DNA from: a virus
Taxonomy: Duplodnaviria > Caudoviricetes
DNA: 58,381 nucleotides
Strand: one strand, 5' to 3'
IMG/VR virus record: IMGVR_UViG_3300025390_000009
Location: 1 to 58,381 of that record
The notes beneath the pieces were generated by a model. It did no database searches. It worked only from the letters and a program-made list of their open reading frames with translations, and was not told the DNA's origin. Made by a program: the position numbers and the translations under genes. Shown one piece after another: positions 8,027 to 17,226 of this stretch. Numbering within the stretch: the first letter of the stretch is position 1; each line of letters opens with the position of its first letter.

Positions 8027-8040
8027 GCTATAATTTCAAC
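8025..8040 (+). promoter_or_regulatory. Conserved phage promoter motif GAGCTATAATTTCAAC
   Basis: Identical 16-mer at 12580 and 54729; contains TATAAT. Confidence 0.75.
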
Positions 8041-8064
8041 TCAATAACCGAATAAAGGAAACAC

Positions 8065-8658
8065 ATGAACGTAATTCTATCACTCCGCGGAACTAGCGGT
8101 TCTGGAAAAACTACTGTAGCCCGTAAGTTCTTGACGGATTACCCCTGCTCAGCAATAATAGACCCCAACGGTAAAAAGAAACATTGGGGGTATCATGTTG
8201 ATTTGTCAAGTCAAGGAATCTCTCAGCCGCTTTATGTGATTGGTAGTTATCAAAATACTTGCGGAGGTACAGATGGTATCAGTACTCAAGAGGAAATTGC
8301 AGAACGAGCCTTGGCTGCTCATCCTAGGGGTCATGTTCTGCTTGAAGGTTTGTTACTCTCAAAAGTGGGTCCAGGAGCAATCACAACACAGATGCTTAAA
8401 CCAACAGGTGCGTACGTCGCGGCTATCCTCGATACGCCCCTCGCAACTTGCCTACAGAGAGTGCAAGCGCGTAGAGATGCCCGTGGGGAAACAAAGCCGT
8501 TCAATCCAGCGAATACTGTAAGCGCACATAAATCTACTTATGACGCTTGCGTTAATTTGCATAATGCAGGTGGAGTAAAAATTATTACAATAGATCACAC
8601 CGATGCCTTTAATGACACTCTAGAAGTTATCAGAAAGGCAGAGAATGGCACTCTTTGA
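8065..8658 (+). CDS. P-loop kinase, probable kinase subunit of 5-hmdU DNA kinase
   Basis: Walker A GTSGSGKT, VLLEG and R..AR lid; overlaps the helical-domain gene. Confidence 0.75.
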   Translation: MNVILSLRGTSGSGKTTVARKFLTDYPCSAIIDPNGKKKHWGYHVDLSSQGISQPLYVIGSYQNTCGGTDGISTQEEIAERALAAHPRGHVLLEGLLLSKVGPGAITTQMLKPTGAYVAAILDTPLATCLQRVQARRDARGETKPFNPANTVSAHKSTYDACVNLHNAGGVKIITIDHTDAFNDTLEVIRKAENGTL

Positions 8659-9508
8659 TGAATTAGTTGAGTTCGTTAATGAGCGAGAGCAAGTGCGCCT
8701 GAATAAGGATTCAGGATTCCTTCAGCCATATACGCTTGACCCAATACTTGCTAAGTATCGGTTCTGCAATGTGCGCCGTAGGGATGATAGGGTAAGTAAG
8801 TGGTTACTAACTTATTACTATAAGAATCCTCAAGGTGACGTATGGTTCCGCGCCCTTTTAGCGCGTTTGATCAATTGGCCACCGACTCTGCTTTACTTAA
8901 TGGATAACCTTGTTATACCGCACCGCGCTGAAGATTTCAATGCTTATCTTTTTATAGAGGCGATGAAGGAACTAGAAGCTAAAAAAGAGAAAGTATACAG
9001 CTCGGCTTATATTGTTTACCCTACAATGGTAAAAGGTAATACAAAGTCAGTGAACCTTTGTGAGTATATTATAAAACCTACAATACACATGGCTAGTCAA
9101 ATGCGGGGTGCTGTTGCTTCAAATTCAATTAAGTATACTACTGAAACACTGGCTACTGCGTTTGGAATTCAGAGTTTCATTGCGGGGCAAGTGAGTGCAG
9201 ACTTAACGTATTTACGCAATCAGTTAGACAGTGCTATTGATCTCTACTCATGGGCACCCATGGGTCCAGGAAGTCAACGCGGTCTAAATAGGTTATATCA
9301 ACGCACTATTAATAAAAAGTTTACTGAGGAAAGATTCAATCAGGAATTAACAGAGATCCGTTCAATCTTGATTGATTCAAATAATAAATTAAAAGATTTA
9401 ACCCTGCATGATTGTCAAAACATCATGTGTGAGTTCGATAAGTATCAAAGAGTAAAAACAGGAGAGGGTAAACCTCGTCAGAATTACAAACCAACAACAG
9501 AATTTTAA
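8645..9508 (+). CDS. 5-hmdU DNA kinase helical domain (aGPT-Pplase1 family)
   Basis: ERE...DPILAKYRFCNVRRRDDR, GPGSQRGL and CEFDKY motifs. Confidence 0.85.
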   Translation: MALFDELVEFVNEREQVRLNKDSGFLQPYTLDPILAKYRFCNVRRRDDRVSKWLLTYYYKNPQGDVWFRALLARLINWPPTLLYLMDNLVIPHRAEDFNAYLFIEAMKELEAKKEKVYSSAYIVYPTMVKGNTKSVNLCEYIIKPTIHMASQMRGAVASNSIKYTTETLATAFGIQSFIAGQVSADLTYLRNQLDSAIDLYSWAPMGPGSQRGLNRLYQRTINKKFTEERFNQELTEIRSILIDSNNKLKDLTLHDCQNIMCEFDKYQRVKTGEGKPRQNYKPTTEF

Positions 9509-9521
9509 TAAAGGAAATAAC

Positions 9522-10502
9522 ATGGAAATACGTTCTATCAACGTAAATGAATTGTTCACGGATATGCTCTGGCGCTTCAAGACGTCAGGCATCAAAGTGC
9601 AAACTCGTAACGGACCAGCAATCCGTATTGATGAACCAGTGCTAACTACAATCATAGAGCCGACTGAGCGCGTATTGTTCTTTGCTGAACGAGACGCGAA
9701 TCCAATCTTTCACTTAATGGAATCAATCTGGATGCTCGCGGGACGTGATGACGTAGAGTTCCTGAAGCAGTTTAATTCTACCATTGGGCAATTTAGTGAT
9801 GACGGCGTAAGATTCAACGCGGCGTATGGACACAGGATGCGTAAGCACTTTGGATTTGACCAACTCAAAGAGGTTATCAAGCACCTCAAGACTGATTCTA
9901 ATTCCCGTCAGGCGGTTATTCAACTCTGGGATGCATCTGACTTCAACAAAAGCACAAAGGATAAAGCCTGTAATACGCAGTTAGTATTTGCTGTTGTGAA
10001 CGGATGTGTTGATTTGACAATCTTCAACAGGAGTAATGATTTCTGGTGGGGATACTGCGGGGCGAATCCAGTTCACTTCAGTATGATTCAAGAGTTTGTA
10101 GCAATCGCACTTGAGCTGCCAGTGGGTCAATACTTTACGGTGAGTAATAATTTGCACTTGTACACGCAACTTTACAACGCGCAGCCGTATGTAGAAAATC
10201 CGCCGAGCAGTGAAGTATTTGATGCGTATTCAAACGGAGTAGTCAAGCCTAGTGTTTTGTATCAAGGTGATTGGGAACTATTCCTAACTGAGTGCGAGGC
10301 ATTCTGCAACGACCCATTCAAGAAAAGTGGATTCGTTAATCCCTTCTTTGAATTTATAGCGCAGCCAATGGCTATGGTAGCGTATGAGCGTAAGCATAAG
10401 ATTAGCGATGGCTCATATTGGGCAGATAAGATTTCAGCCTCTGACTGGAAGTTAGCTACTCAGATTTATATTATGAACAGAGAGAAGAAAAATGCTAGCT
10501 AA
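9522..10502 (+). CDS. Thymidylate-synthase-fold dUMP hydroxymethylase
   Basis: SRQAVIQLW, catalytic Cys in DKACN, RSND...GAN (Asn indicates a uracil substrate), NLHLY; gene context. Confidence 0.85.
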   Translation: MEIRSINVNELFTDMLWRFKTSGIKVQTRNGPAIRIDEPVLTTIIEPTERVLFFAERDANPIFHLMESIWMLAGRDDVEFLKQFNSTIGQFSDDGVRFNAAYGHRMRKHFGFDQLKEVIKHLKTDSNSRQAVIQLWDASDFNKSTKDKACNTQLVFAVVNGCVDLTIFNRSNDFWWGYCGANPVHFSMIQEFVAIALELPVGQYFTVSNNLHLYTQLYNAQPYVENPPSSEVFDAYSNGVVKPSVLYQGDWELFLTECEAFCNDPFKKSGFVNPFFEFIAQPMAMVAYERKHKISDGSYWADKISASDWKLATQIYIMNREKKNAS

Positions 10503-10818
10503 GACTCATTCAGAATGGATTGATAGTTTAGAAGATATTCGTAAAACTTATAAGGAAATCATGAGCGCAAATAATAAGCAGGTAGGTGGTAAGCATTATA
10601 AAGTTGACGGGGAGCAGCACTGGGATAGAATCTATCGTCTATACGGTAGAGGTTATTTTGTAGGTTGCGCTACTAAGTATCTTGAGCGGTTTCACCTCAA
10701 GAACGGACGGGAAGACTTAGAGAAAGCAATTCACTTTATTGAAAAGCTAAAAGAGTTAGAGTATCCCGTGCAGGCTCTTGACGGCGGTCCAACAGAACGC
10801 TATGTGAATCAGGACTAA
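10492..10818 (+). CDS. DUF3310-family protein (predicted nucleotide kinase-like)
   Basis: QVGGKHY...KYLER...KNGREDLEKAIHF; start may be 10561. Confidence 0.8.
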   Translation: MLAKTHSEWIDSLEDIRKTYKEIMSANNKQVGGKHYKVDGEQHWDRIYRLYGRGYFVGCATKYLERFHLKNGREDLEKAIHFIEKLKELEYPVQALDGGPTERYVNQD

Positions 10819-12581
10819 TGGCAACAATTGTTTTTGACACAGAAATTGCCCCGAATATGTTTCTATTGATGGGTAAGATTCTTGAGAGCGGGGAGTACTT
10901 CGGCATCTGGGGAGATGAGGAGGATGCTCGTGAGCGCATCAAGTCTCTTTTCAAATCAAAAAACACATTCATTAGCTTCAACGGGGCGCGGTTTGATATG
11001 CCCGTCATCAGTTACTTTTTGTCTGGGCATTCTACGTCTGAAACAAAAGGCTTCGGGGACATCATTATTCACCAGAACTTGATGCCGTGGGATGCTGAAA
11101 AGCAATTCAGGTTCAAGATCCCTATGATTGACCACATTGATTTGATTGAGGTCGCGCCCAGCTTTGTGAGCCTAAAGACTTACGGCGCACGTATGCACAT
11201 GCCGCTCATTCAAGACCTGCCGTTTCATCATTCGCAGGAGATTGATGAGTCTGCCCGACCAATGGTTTGGGATTACTGCAAGAACGACTTAGATACTACA
11301 GAGACGCTTTATAACAAGCTGCAAGGGCAACTCCAGCTTAGAGTTGAAATTAGTAAGGAGTATGGTTTTGATGCTCGTTCTAAATCTGACTCTCAAGTAG
11401 CTGAGCAGATGTTTATCAAGCGGCTCAAGTTAAAGCGTTCAAATGCAAAAATTCCTGAGAGCGTGCGGTATATAGTTCCACATTTTATTAACTTTAAACG
11501 CGCTGACCTTATTGAATTAACAAAAAGGATGTCAGAGCACGTATATGAAGTTAAGCAGTCAACGGGGCACGTAGAGTTACCTGCCTTTCTGAAGGAAGAC
11601 CTCGTAACGATAAACAATGGTATATATCAGATGGGCGTTGGAGGTCTTCATTCACAACACGATAGAAAGGTTTGCCATGTTACTGATGATGATTATCAAA
11701 TTGTTGATTATGATGTTTCTAGTTATTATCCTTCTATTCTGCTTAATTGCAATCTCATACCTGTTAACACTGGTACAACCTTTATTGATGAGTATCGCAA
11801 AGTGTTCGAGAGACGATTAGAAGGTAAACGTCAAAAGAACATGGTAATTGCAGATTCATTACGTATTGCATTGAACGGAACATTCGGTAAAACAGCTAGT
11901 AAGTATTCAGCACTGTATTCTCCCGACGTTATGATTAATATTACTCTGACGGGTCAGCTTACTCTTTTAAACTTAATTGAGACTTTAGAGGACAATGGTA
12001 TTCAAGTTGTTTCAGCCAATACCGACGGAATCATGCTTAGGCATAGACGTAATGAAGTCACAAAGGTTCACAACATTGTAAAAGAGTTTAGTGAACTCAC
12101 AGGCTTTATATTTGAGGATACACCGTATAGAGTAGTAGCATTGAAGGACGTGAACAATTACTTTGCAGTCAAGCAGGATAGATCAGTCAAGATTAAAGGT
12201 ATCTACAGCGCACCGACTCTAAGTAAGAACCCAACCGCGCCCGTAGTCTCTAAAGCAGTGGGTCTCTGGCTGGCATACGGTACAAAGTTCAAGGACACTG
12301 TTATGAATTCACCTTTGACTGACTTCATTAGTGTTCGCTCAGTCACTGGCGGCGGAGTTCAGGGTGATAAATACCTCGGACGAACTGTGCGCTGGTATCA
12401 AACACGGGAACAGTTACCGCCGCTAACCTATGCCTCAAACGGAAACAAAGTAGCAAAGACCGACGGAGCTAGAGAATGTATGACTATGCCTAAGGAATTT
12501 CCCGCAGACCTAGACTACGATTGGTATTACAAAGAGATCATGAAAGTGATTAAAGATATTGGAGCGGAAAGATTTTTATGA
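10818..12581 (+). CDS. DNA polymerase, family B-type with 3'-5' exonuclease
   Basis: ExoI FDTE, ExoII FNGARFD, ExoIII YCKND; DVSSYYP, RIALNGTFG and NTDG polymerase motifs. Confidence 0.9.
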   Translation: MATIVFDTEIAPNMFLLMGKILESGEYFGIWGDEEDARERIKSLFKSKNTFISFNGARFDMPVISYFLSGHSTSETKGFGDIIIHQNLMPWDAEKQFRFKIPMIDHIDLIEVAPSFVSLKTYGARMHMPLIQDLPFHHSQEIDESARPMVWDYCKNDLDTTETLYNKLQGQLQLRVEISKEYGFDARSKSDSQVAEQMFIKRLKLKRSNAKIPESVRYIVPHFINFKRADLIELTKRMSEHVYEVKQSTGHVELPAFLKEDLVTINNGIYQMGVGGLHSQHDRKVCHVTDDDYQIVDYDVSSYYPSILLNCNLIPVNTGTTFIDEYRKVFERRLEGKRQKNMVIADSLRIALNGTFGKTASKYSALYSPDVMINITLTGQLTLLNLIETLEDNGIQVVSANTDGIMLRHRRNEVTKVHNIVKEFSELTGFIFEDTPYRVVALKDVNNYFAVKQDRSVKIKGIYSAPTLSKNPTAPVVSKAVGLWLAYGTKFKDTVMNSPLTDFISVRSVTGGGVQGDKYLGRTVRWYQTREQLPPLTYASNGNKVAKTDGARECMTMPKEFPADLDYDWYYKEIMKVIKDIGAERFL

Positions 12582-12595
12582 GCTATAATTTCAAC
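12580..12595 (+). promoter_or_regulatory. Conserved phage promoter motif GAGCTATAATTTCAAC
   Basis: Identical to the copies at 8025 and 54729. Confidence 0.75.
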
Positions 12596-12622
12596 ATAAA
12601 CGAAATAACAGGAAAGGGAAAA

Positions 12623-12940
12623 ATGCAAGATGAATTAAATCTAGAGCCAGAAGTAGTTTGGGTAGTGGACAACACCCAGCGTAAAACTATCAAGGACGCA
12701 GCACGCTTCGGAGAAATTGAACATGTCTTTACTGACGTTCAGTACGATGACCCCGTTGCTCATGCCCGCGAGGTTTTAAAAGATTTCCGAGAAGGTGATT
12801 ATTTATGCATGATTGGAGATCCAAAGTTGTCAGCAGTGTGCGTCGGAGTATTGGCGCAAAACAATCCTGGGAATGAGATTAAGTTGTTGCAGTTTGACAG
12901 CCGAACCTTTCAGTATTTCCCAGTATATTTAAACTTTTAA
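12623..12940 (+). CDS. Conserved hypothetical protein of the replication module
   Basis: Start placed after the promoter and purine-rich RBS. Confidence 0.7.
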   Translation: MQDELNLEPEVVWVVDNTQRKTIKDAARFGEIEHVFTDVQYDDPVAHAREVLKDFREGDYLCMIGDPKLSAVCVGVLAQNNPGNEIKLLQFDSRTFQYFPVYLNF

Positions 12941-12954
12941 TAAAGGAAATAAAC

Positions 12955-13692
12955 ATGAGCTTTATGGATTCCCTCGTGAAGGGAAAGCAGGAACTACCTC
13001 CCCGAATTTGTATTTACGGAAATCATGGTATCGGTAAGAGCACAATCGCGGCTCAATTCCCCGCACCAATTTTTGTTAATACTGAGGACGGTATCGATTC
13101 ATTGGATGTAACTTCATTCCCTCGTGCCTCTGAAATTGGCGACGTAGTAGGAGCTATCAAGACGTTGCTCAAAGAGGATCACAAGTTTAAAACACTAGTG
13201 ATTGACTCTGTTGATTGGCTTGTTGAGCCGTTAATCTCTAAGAATGTTGAGTCATCGTATGACGCAAAAGACTTAGGATACGGTAAGAATCAAGTTTACG
13301 TAGCTGAAGAGTTCCGTGAGATTCTTCAGGGTCTTGATGCACTACGCCGCAAAAAGGGTATGAATATCGTCTTACTCGCGCATGCCTCAGTGGTTCGTTA
13401 TGAGAACCCTTTGACTGAGCCGTATGACCGCTTTGTACCTAAGTTGCCTAACCGCTGCAATGCATTGTTGCAGGAGTGGTGCGACGTAGTAGCGTATGCT
13501 GGGTTCAAAGTGATTGTCAAAAAAGCAGACGTCGGCTTCAATAACACTGTAAACCGTGGAATCACTACTGGAGAGAGATTGTTGCATGTGACTGAAAGTC
13601 CAGCGTACATTGCAAAAAACCGTTATGCCTGTCCTGATTCTTTTGAGATGACCATTGAGGAAATCTCTAAAAATATACCTGTAGTATCTTAA
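12955..13692 (+). CDS. AAA_24 / Sak4-like ATPase recombinase
   Basis: YGNHGIGKST, TLVIDSVD, LLAH and AKNR motifs; adjacent to an SSB gene. Confidence 0.85.
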   Translation: MSFMDSLVKGKQELPPRICIYGNHGIGKSTIAAQFPAPIFVNTEDGIDSLDVTSFPRASEIGDVVGAIKTLLKEDHKFKTLVIDSVDWLVEPLISKNVESSYDAKDLGYGKNQVYVAEEFREILQGLDALRRKKGMNIVLLAHASVVRYENPLTEPYDRFVPKLPNRCNALLQEWCDVVAYAGFKVIVKKADVGFNNTVNRGITTGERLLHVTESPAYIAKNRYACPDSFEMTIEEISKNIPVVS

Positions 13693-13713
13693 TAACCTAA
13701 AGGAGTAATAAAT

Positions 13714-14235
13714 ATGTCTAGTAAATTTGGATTTGATTTAAATGAGTATGAATCAGAAGAACGTAGCTACGAGCCATTACCAAAAGGTGAGTATGAACTC
13801 AAATGCACAGAAGCTGAAGAGAAAACAACTCAAAAGGGCGGAACTATGATTGCTGCAACTTTTGAAGTAGTCTCAGGTAAGTATGCTAACCGTAAAATTT
13901 GGAACAACTACAACATTCACAACGATTCAGAAAAAGCGCAACGCATCGGTCGTGAGCAGGTTTCAGCATGGGCACGTGCCTGCGGTAAGCCAAACGCTAC
14001 CTCTGTTGATGAATTGCTTGAGCGTAGTTTTACGGCGGTTCTTGATATTGAAAAAGGCACAAATGGCTACTCTGACCGTAACCGTATTGTAGGCTACGTA
14101 GGTAAGGATTCAGCCCCAGCAGTAAAATCTAAAGCTAAAGAGCCATCATTATTAGACTTAGAAGATGACAATCTTTCAACAGCTAAGGTAAAACCAGAAG
14201 CAAAAGAAGGTAAAAAGAAAAATCCTTGGGATTAA
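13714..14235 (+). CDS. DUF669-family ssDNA-binding protein
   Basis: EPLPKGEY...GKYANRKIW; C-terminal PWD. Confidence 0.8.
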   Translation: MSSKFGFDLNEYESEERSYEPLPKGEYELKCTEAEEKTTQKGGTMIAATFEVVSGKYANRKIWNNYNIHNDSEKAQRIGREQVSAWARACGKPNATSVDELLERSFTAVLDIEKGTNGYSDRNRIVGYVGKDSAPAVKSKAKEPSLLDLEDDNLSTAKVKPEAKEGKKKNPWD

Positions 14236-14326
14236 TGTTTTACGGGGGTACACAGCTGAAGGTCGTAGTACTTAAATAAGTATCCTAAATACTGCCCCGC
14301 CTCTAATAACGCAATAAAGGAAATAC

Positions 14327-15187
14327 ATGGCAACTAAAAAACCAGCACCAATCTTGATTCCTGCAGCTGAGGATGAAATGATTGGGCAAATTTACGCAGC
14401 TATAAAGCAGCGTCAATCGCGCCCAATGAGGTTGTCTAGGCTCGGTGCGTCAGGCATCGGAGAGGAGTGCCTCAGGAAGATTTGGATGGATTGGCGTGGC
14501 TACGGCTCAGTTGAATTTGATGGTCGCATGTTACGTCTATTTGAGACTGGCCACTTGCAGGAAGACCGAATCGTTTCTGACCTCAAAGCTGCGGGGTACA
14601 CAGTTTACGAAAAGGACTCAAACGGAGAGCAATTTACGTTTACGGACAAAACTGGGCATTTTGTAGTCAAACTAGACGGAGTTATAAAGGGTATACCTTC
14701 AGCTGAAAACACACCACACGTACTTGAAGCAAAGACGCATAACAAGAAGTCTTTTGATGAGTTGGAAAAGAAAGGCGTTGTCATTTCTAAGCCGATGCAT
14801 TATTATCAAGTTCAGGCGGGAATGCTATTCAGTGGCATTGAACGAGGACTATATTTTGCCCTCGGGAAGGATAACGAGGCTATTTACGTTCGGCGTATCA
14901 AGCCAGACACGCACACTCAAAATGACATACTCAAACGAATTGACATATTAGTTAATGCAGAAATACGTCCAGCGCGTATTGGTGAGAGTGATGAGGCTTA
15001 CCCCTGCCGATGGTGCGACTTTAAAGAGGTGTGCTTTGACAAGAAGCCGCCCCTCAAAAATTGTCGTACTTGCGAGTTCTCAAGACCAGTTGAAGAAGGT
15101 AAATGGTGGTGTGATCATAACGATTTTAATTTACCTATGGAACTGCAACTTGAAGGCTGTGAATCTTACGTTCAGAAAGGTAAATGA
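14327..15187 (+). CDS. Cas4-like PD-(D/E)xK exonuclease
   Basis: CLRKIW, GH..E, LDG, LEAK, QVQ and CRWC...C (Fe-S-like), plus CRTC. Confidence 0.85.
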   Translation: MATKKPAPILIPAAEDEMIGQIYAAIKQRQSRPMRLSRLGASGIGEECLRKIWMDWRGYGSVEFDGRMLRLFETGHLQEDRIVSDLKAAGYTVYEKDSNGEQFTFTDKTGHFVVKLDGVIKGIPSAENTPHVLEAKTHNKKSFDELEKKGVVISKPMHYYQVQAGMLFSGIERGLYFALGKDNEAIYVRRIKPDTHTQNDILKRIDILVNAEIRPARIGESDEAYPCRWCDFKEVCFDKKPPLKNCRTCEFSRPVEEGKWWCDHNDFNLPMELQLEGCESYVQKGK

Positions 15188-15331
15188 TGGCTTATTTTAG
15201 TAGAAAAGAAGCATTAGATTATGCTATTGTTTATTGTGAGAAAATAGCTGAGGCTAAATTTCAAACTCCTACGGACTTTGTAGCAGTAGCGGAAATAATT
15301 TATGAATTTCTAAATAAAGATGGAGATATGA

Positions 15332-15526
15332 ATGTCAAATGTACAATCAGAACATGAAGACAACGGATTTGATGCGTATTGGGAACAGTTCAATAACGTA
15401 GATGTCTTGAAAGCATTAGCAAAAGAGATCTGGGACGACGCATTCAAAGCAGGTGGAAAGAAGCCTTGGTTTAGTCTAACTAAGGAACAAATGAAGGCGA
15501 TTAAGGAAATGGAGTTTGGTGAATAA
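15332..15526 (+). CDS. Hypothetical protein
   Basis: ORF track. Confidence 0.6.
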   Translation: MSNVQSEHEDNGFDAYWEQFNNVDVLKALAKEIWDDAFKAGGKKPWFSLTKEQMKAIKEMEFGE

Positions 15527-15527
15527 T

Positions 15528-16019
15528 ATGGCAGATTTTTATTTAGGTATTGATCCAGGAACTTACGGCGCGTTAGCAGTGCTTGACAAAGGCGGCTCTA
15601 TTGTTGACATATATGACATGCCGACTCTTGAGTATGTATCAGGCAAGTCCAAAAAGCAGCGTGTAAACCCGCAGGCAATTTGTGCTGAACTACGCTTATT
15701 TAAAACGCAATCAGTAGAAGGTATGATTGAGCAGGTAAACGCGATGCCAGGACAAGGCGTAACGAGCATGTTCTCATTCGGTCGTGCGCTCGGTATTTTA
15801 GAAGGCACACTGGCAGGTCTTGATATCCCCTATACCCTCGTCACACCGCAAGTGTGGAAAAAGGCTATGGGTGCAAACGCATCAAAAGACGGTGCTCGGG
15901 AAATGGCAATGCGACTCTGGCCATCAAAGTCTGAATTGTTTAAGCGTAAAAAAGACGATGGTAGGGCTGAAGCCGCGCTATTAGCTCTTTATTTGCTCAG
16001 GACTAGGAATGGAAGATAA
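15528..16019 (+). CDS. ruvC: RuvC-like Holliday junction resolvase
   Basis: LGIDPG, IEQV...QGVTSMFSFG, PQVWKK and DGRAEA motifs. Confidence 0.85.
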   Translation: MADFYLGIDPGTYGALAVLDKGGSIVDIYDMPTLEYVSGKSKKQRVNPQAICAELRLFKTQSVEGMIEQVNAMPGQGVTSMFSFGRALGILEGTLAGLDIPYTLVTPQVWKKAMGANASKDGAREMAMRLWPSKSELFKRKKDDGRAEAALLALYLLRTRNGR

Positions 16020-16191
16020 ACTCAAAGACGCTCACACTGCAATCATGGCTAGCGGAGTTTGGATTTGTTTTGAAAAACAACCTACAATCAAAGAAGTTGA
16101 TGATGCTCGTAGATTGTTGAATCAATTAACTGATGAATTAATAAAGGAGAGGCTAGATGCTAACTCGGAAATTAATCCCTCGCAGGAATAG
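16009..16191 (+). CDS. Hypothetical protein
   Basis: ORF track. Confidence 0.55.
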   Translation: MEDKLKDAHTAIMASGVWICFEKQPTIKEVDDARRLLNQLTDELIKERLDANSEINPSQE

Positions 16192-16348
16192 AAGTCCGCT
16201 TGAGACTAGGCGACGACAGTCTCGGCATGAAGTGTTAAATAGATTTAACTTTTTGCGGGCTACTATTTCAATGGGTAGATATAAACCTTGGAGATGGTGG
16301 CAAAAGAAAAAACCAGCTTACAGAATATGGGAGTATAGAAATGACTGA
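16157..16348 (+). CDS. Hypothetical basic protein
   Basis: ORF track; AAGGAG RBS. Confidence 0.55.
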   Translation: MLTRKLIPRRNRSPLETRRRQSRHEVLNRFNFLRATISMGRYKPWRWWQKKKPAYRIWEYRND

Positions 16349-16856
16349 AATAAAAAGATCAGTGCATTCAACTTTGAATGTAAGTTGCAGAAATGCAGAT
16401 TATGCTGAAGGTGTAAAAGATGGGGTTATTTACACTTTGAGCAATTTATTGCATGAATGTGACGTGGTAATTAGAGTTATGCCTTACGTTGAACATTATG
16501 AATCTGACGAAAATTATGATTATCGAGTTAGGGCTAGATTTAGTGTCCGTGAAAAACGACAAGGTACAGAACGCGGAAGATGGATAAAAGATTTCAGCGC
16601 GTATTACGAAGAACCCATTCATAAAGAACCGTATGAGGAAGAAGTAGGACTAACGCTTGAAGGCGTAGCCGTTACAGTAAGCACTTCTGGCACCACATTT
16701 AAAGTTGAGCCTGCAAAAATATTCAAAAAATGGATAGATAATCCTTTGTTGACTGATAACGGGCAAACTGTTGGACAAAGGCAAAGAGCATGGTTACACG
16801 AGAAGTTAGATTCTTTTATTGATTCAAAATTGGAGAAAGCAGACAATGGCAACTAA
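16341..16856 (+). CDS. Hypothetical protein
   Basis: ORF track. Confidence 0.65.
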   Translation: MTEIKRSVHSTLNVSCRNADYAEGVKDGVIYTLSNLLHECDVVIRVMPYVEHYESDENYDYRVRARFSVREKRQGTERGRWIKDFSAYYEEPIHKEPYEEEVGLTLEGVAVTVSTSGTTFKVEPAKIFKKWIDNPLLTDNGQTVGQRQRAWLHEKLDSFIDSKLEKADNGN

Positions 16857-17226
16857 AAAGCAACCCGCAGTAAAAGTAGAAGCACCAAAGGTTGAAGAAC
16901 CTAAAGAGGAAGTAGTGGAAGTTGTTAAGGCGGAAAAGCCTAAGCAGACTGAAGCTGAGATCCGTAAAGAGATTGAAGACTTAACTATGCAGGGTCGTGA
17001 TGCACCAATGACTGACCAGATTTACGGTATAGTGAAACCAGTGCCAAAGGATCCAACAGATATTCTACCTGAACCTAATGGGTTACTGCAGGGAGTAACC
17101 GATCCTCTACAACGCTTTATCAATATGTACCAGCCAGGAGAGTTTGTAATGCGTCAGAACTTCCGTAAACACCTGCTTCAAGTTTTAGAAGACTGGAAAG
17201 AAAATGGATCATCAGAAAGTTTATGA
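16846..17226 (+). CDS. Hypothetical protein (MATKKQP...)
   Basis: Start after GGAG. Confidence 0.7.
   Translation: MATKKQPAVKVEAPKVEEPKEEVVEVVKAEKPKQTEAEIRKEIEDLTMQGRDAPMTDQIYGIVKPVPKDPTDILPEPNGLLQGVTDPLQRFINMYQPGEFVMRQNFRKHLLQVLEDWKENGSSESL

Noticed and set aside
9522-10502. Canonical thyA or dCMP hydroxymethylase
   Set aside because: Adjacent 5-hmdU kinase and AADT genes favour a dUMP hydroxymethylase; Asn rather than Asp at the specificity position argues against dCMP.
14244-14300. Possible tRNA or ncRNA after the SSB gene
   Set aside because: Only short stems (GGGGTA/TGCCCC, TACTTA/TAAGTA) are present; no cloverleaf or T-loop consensus.
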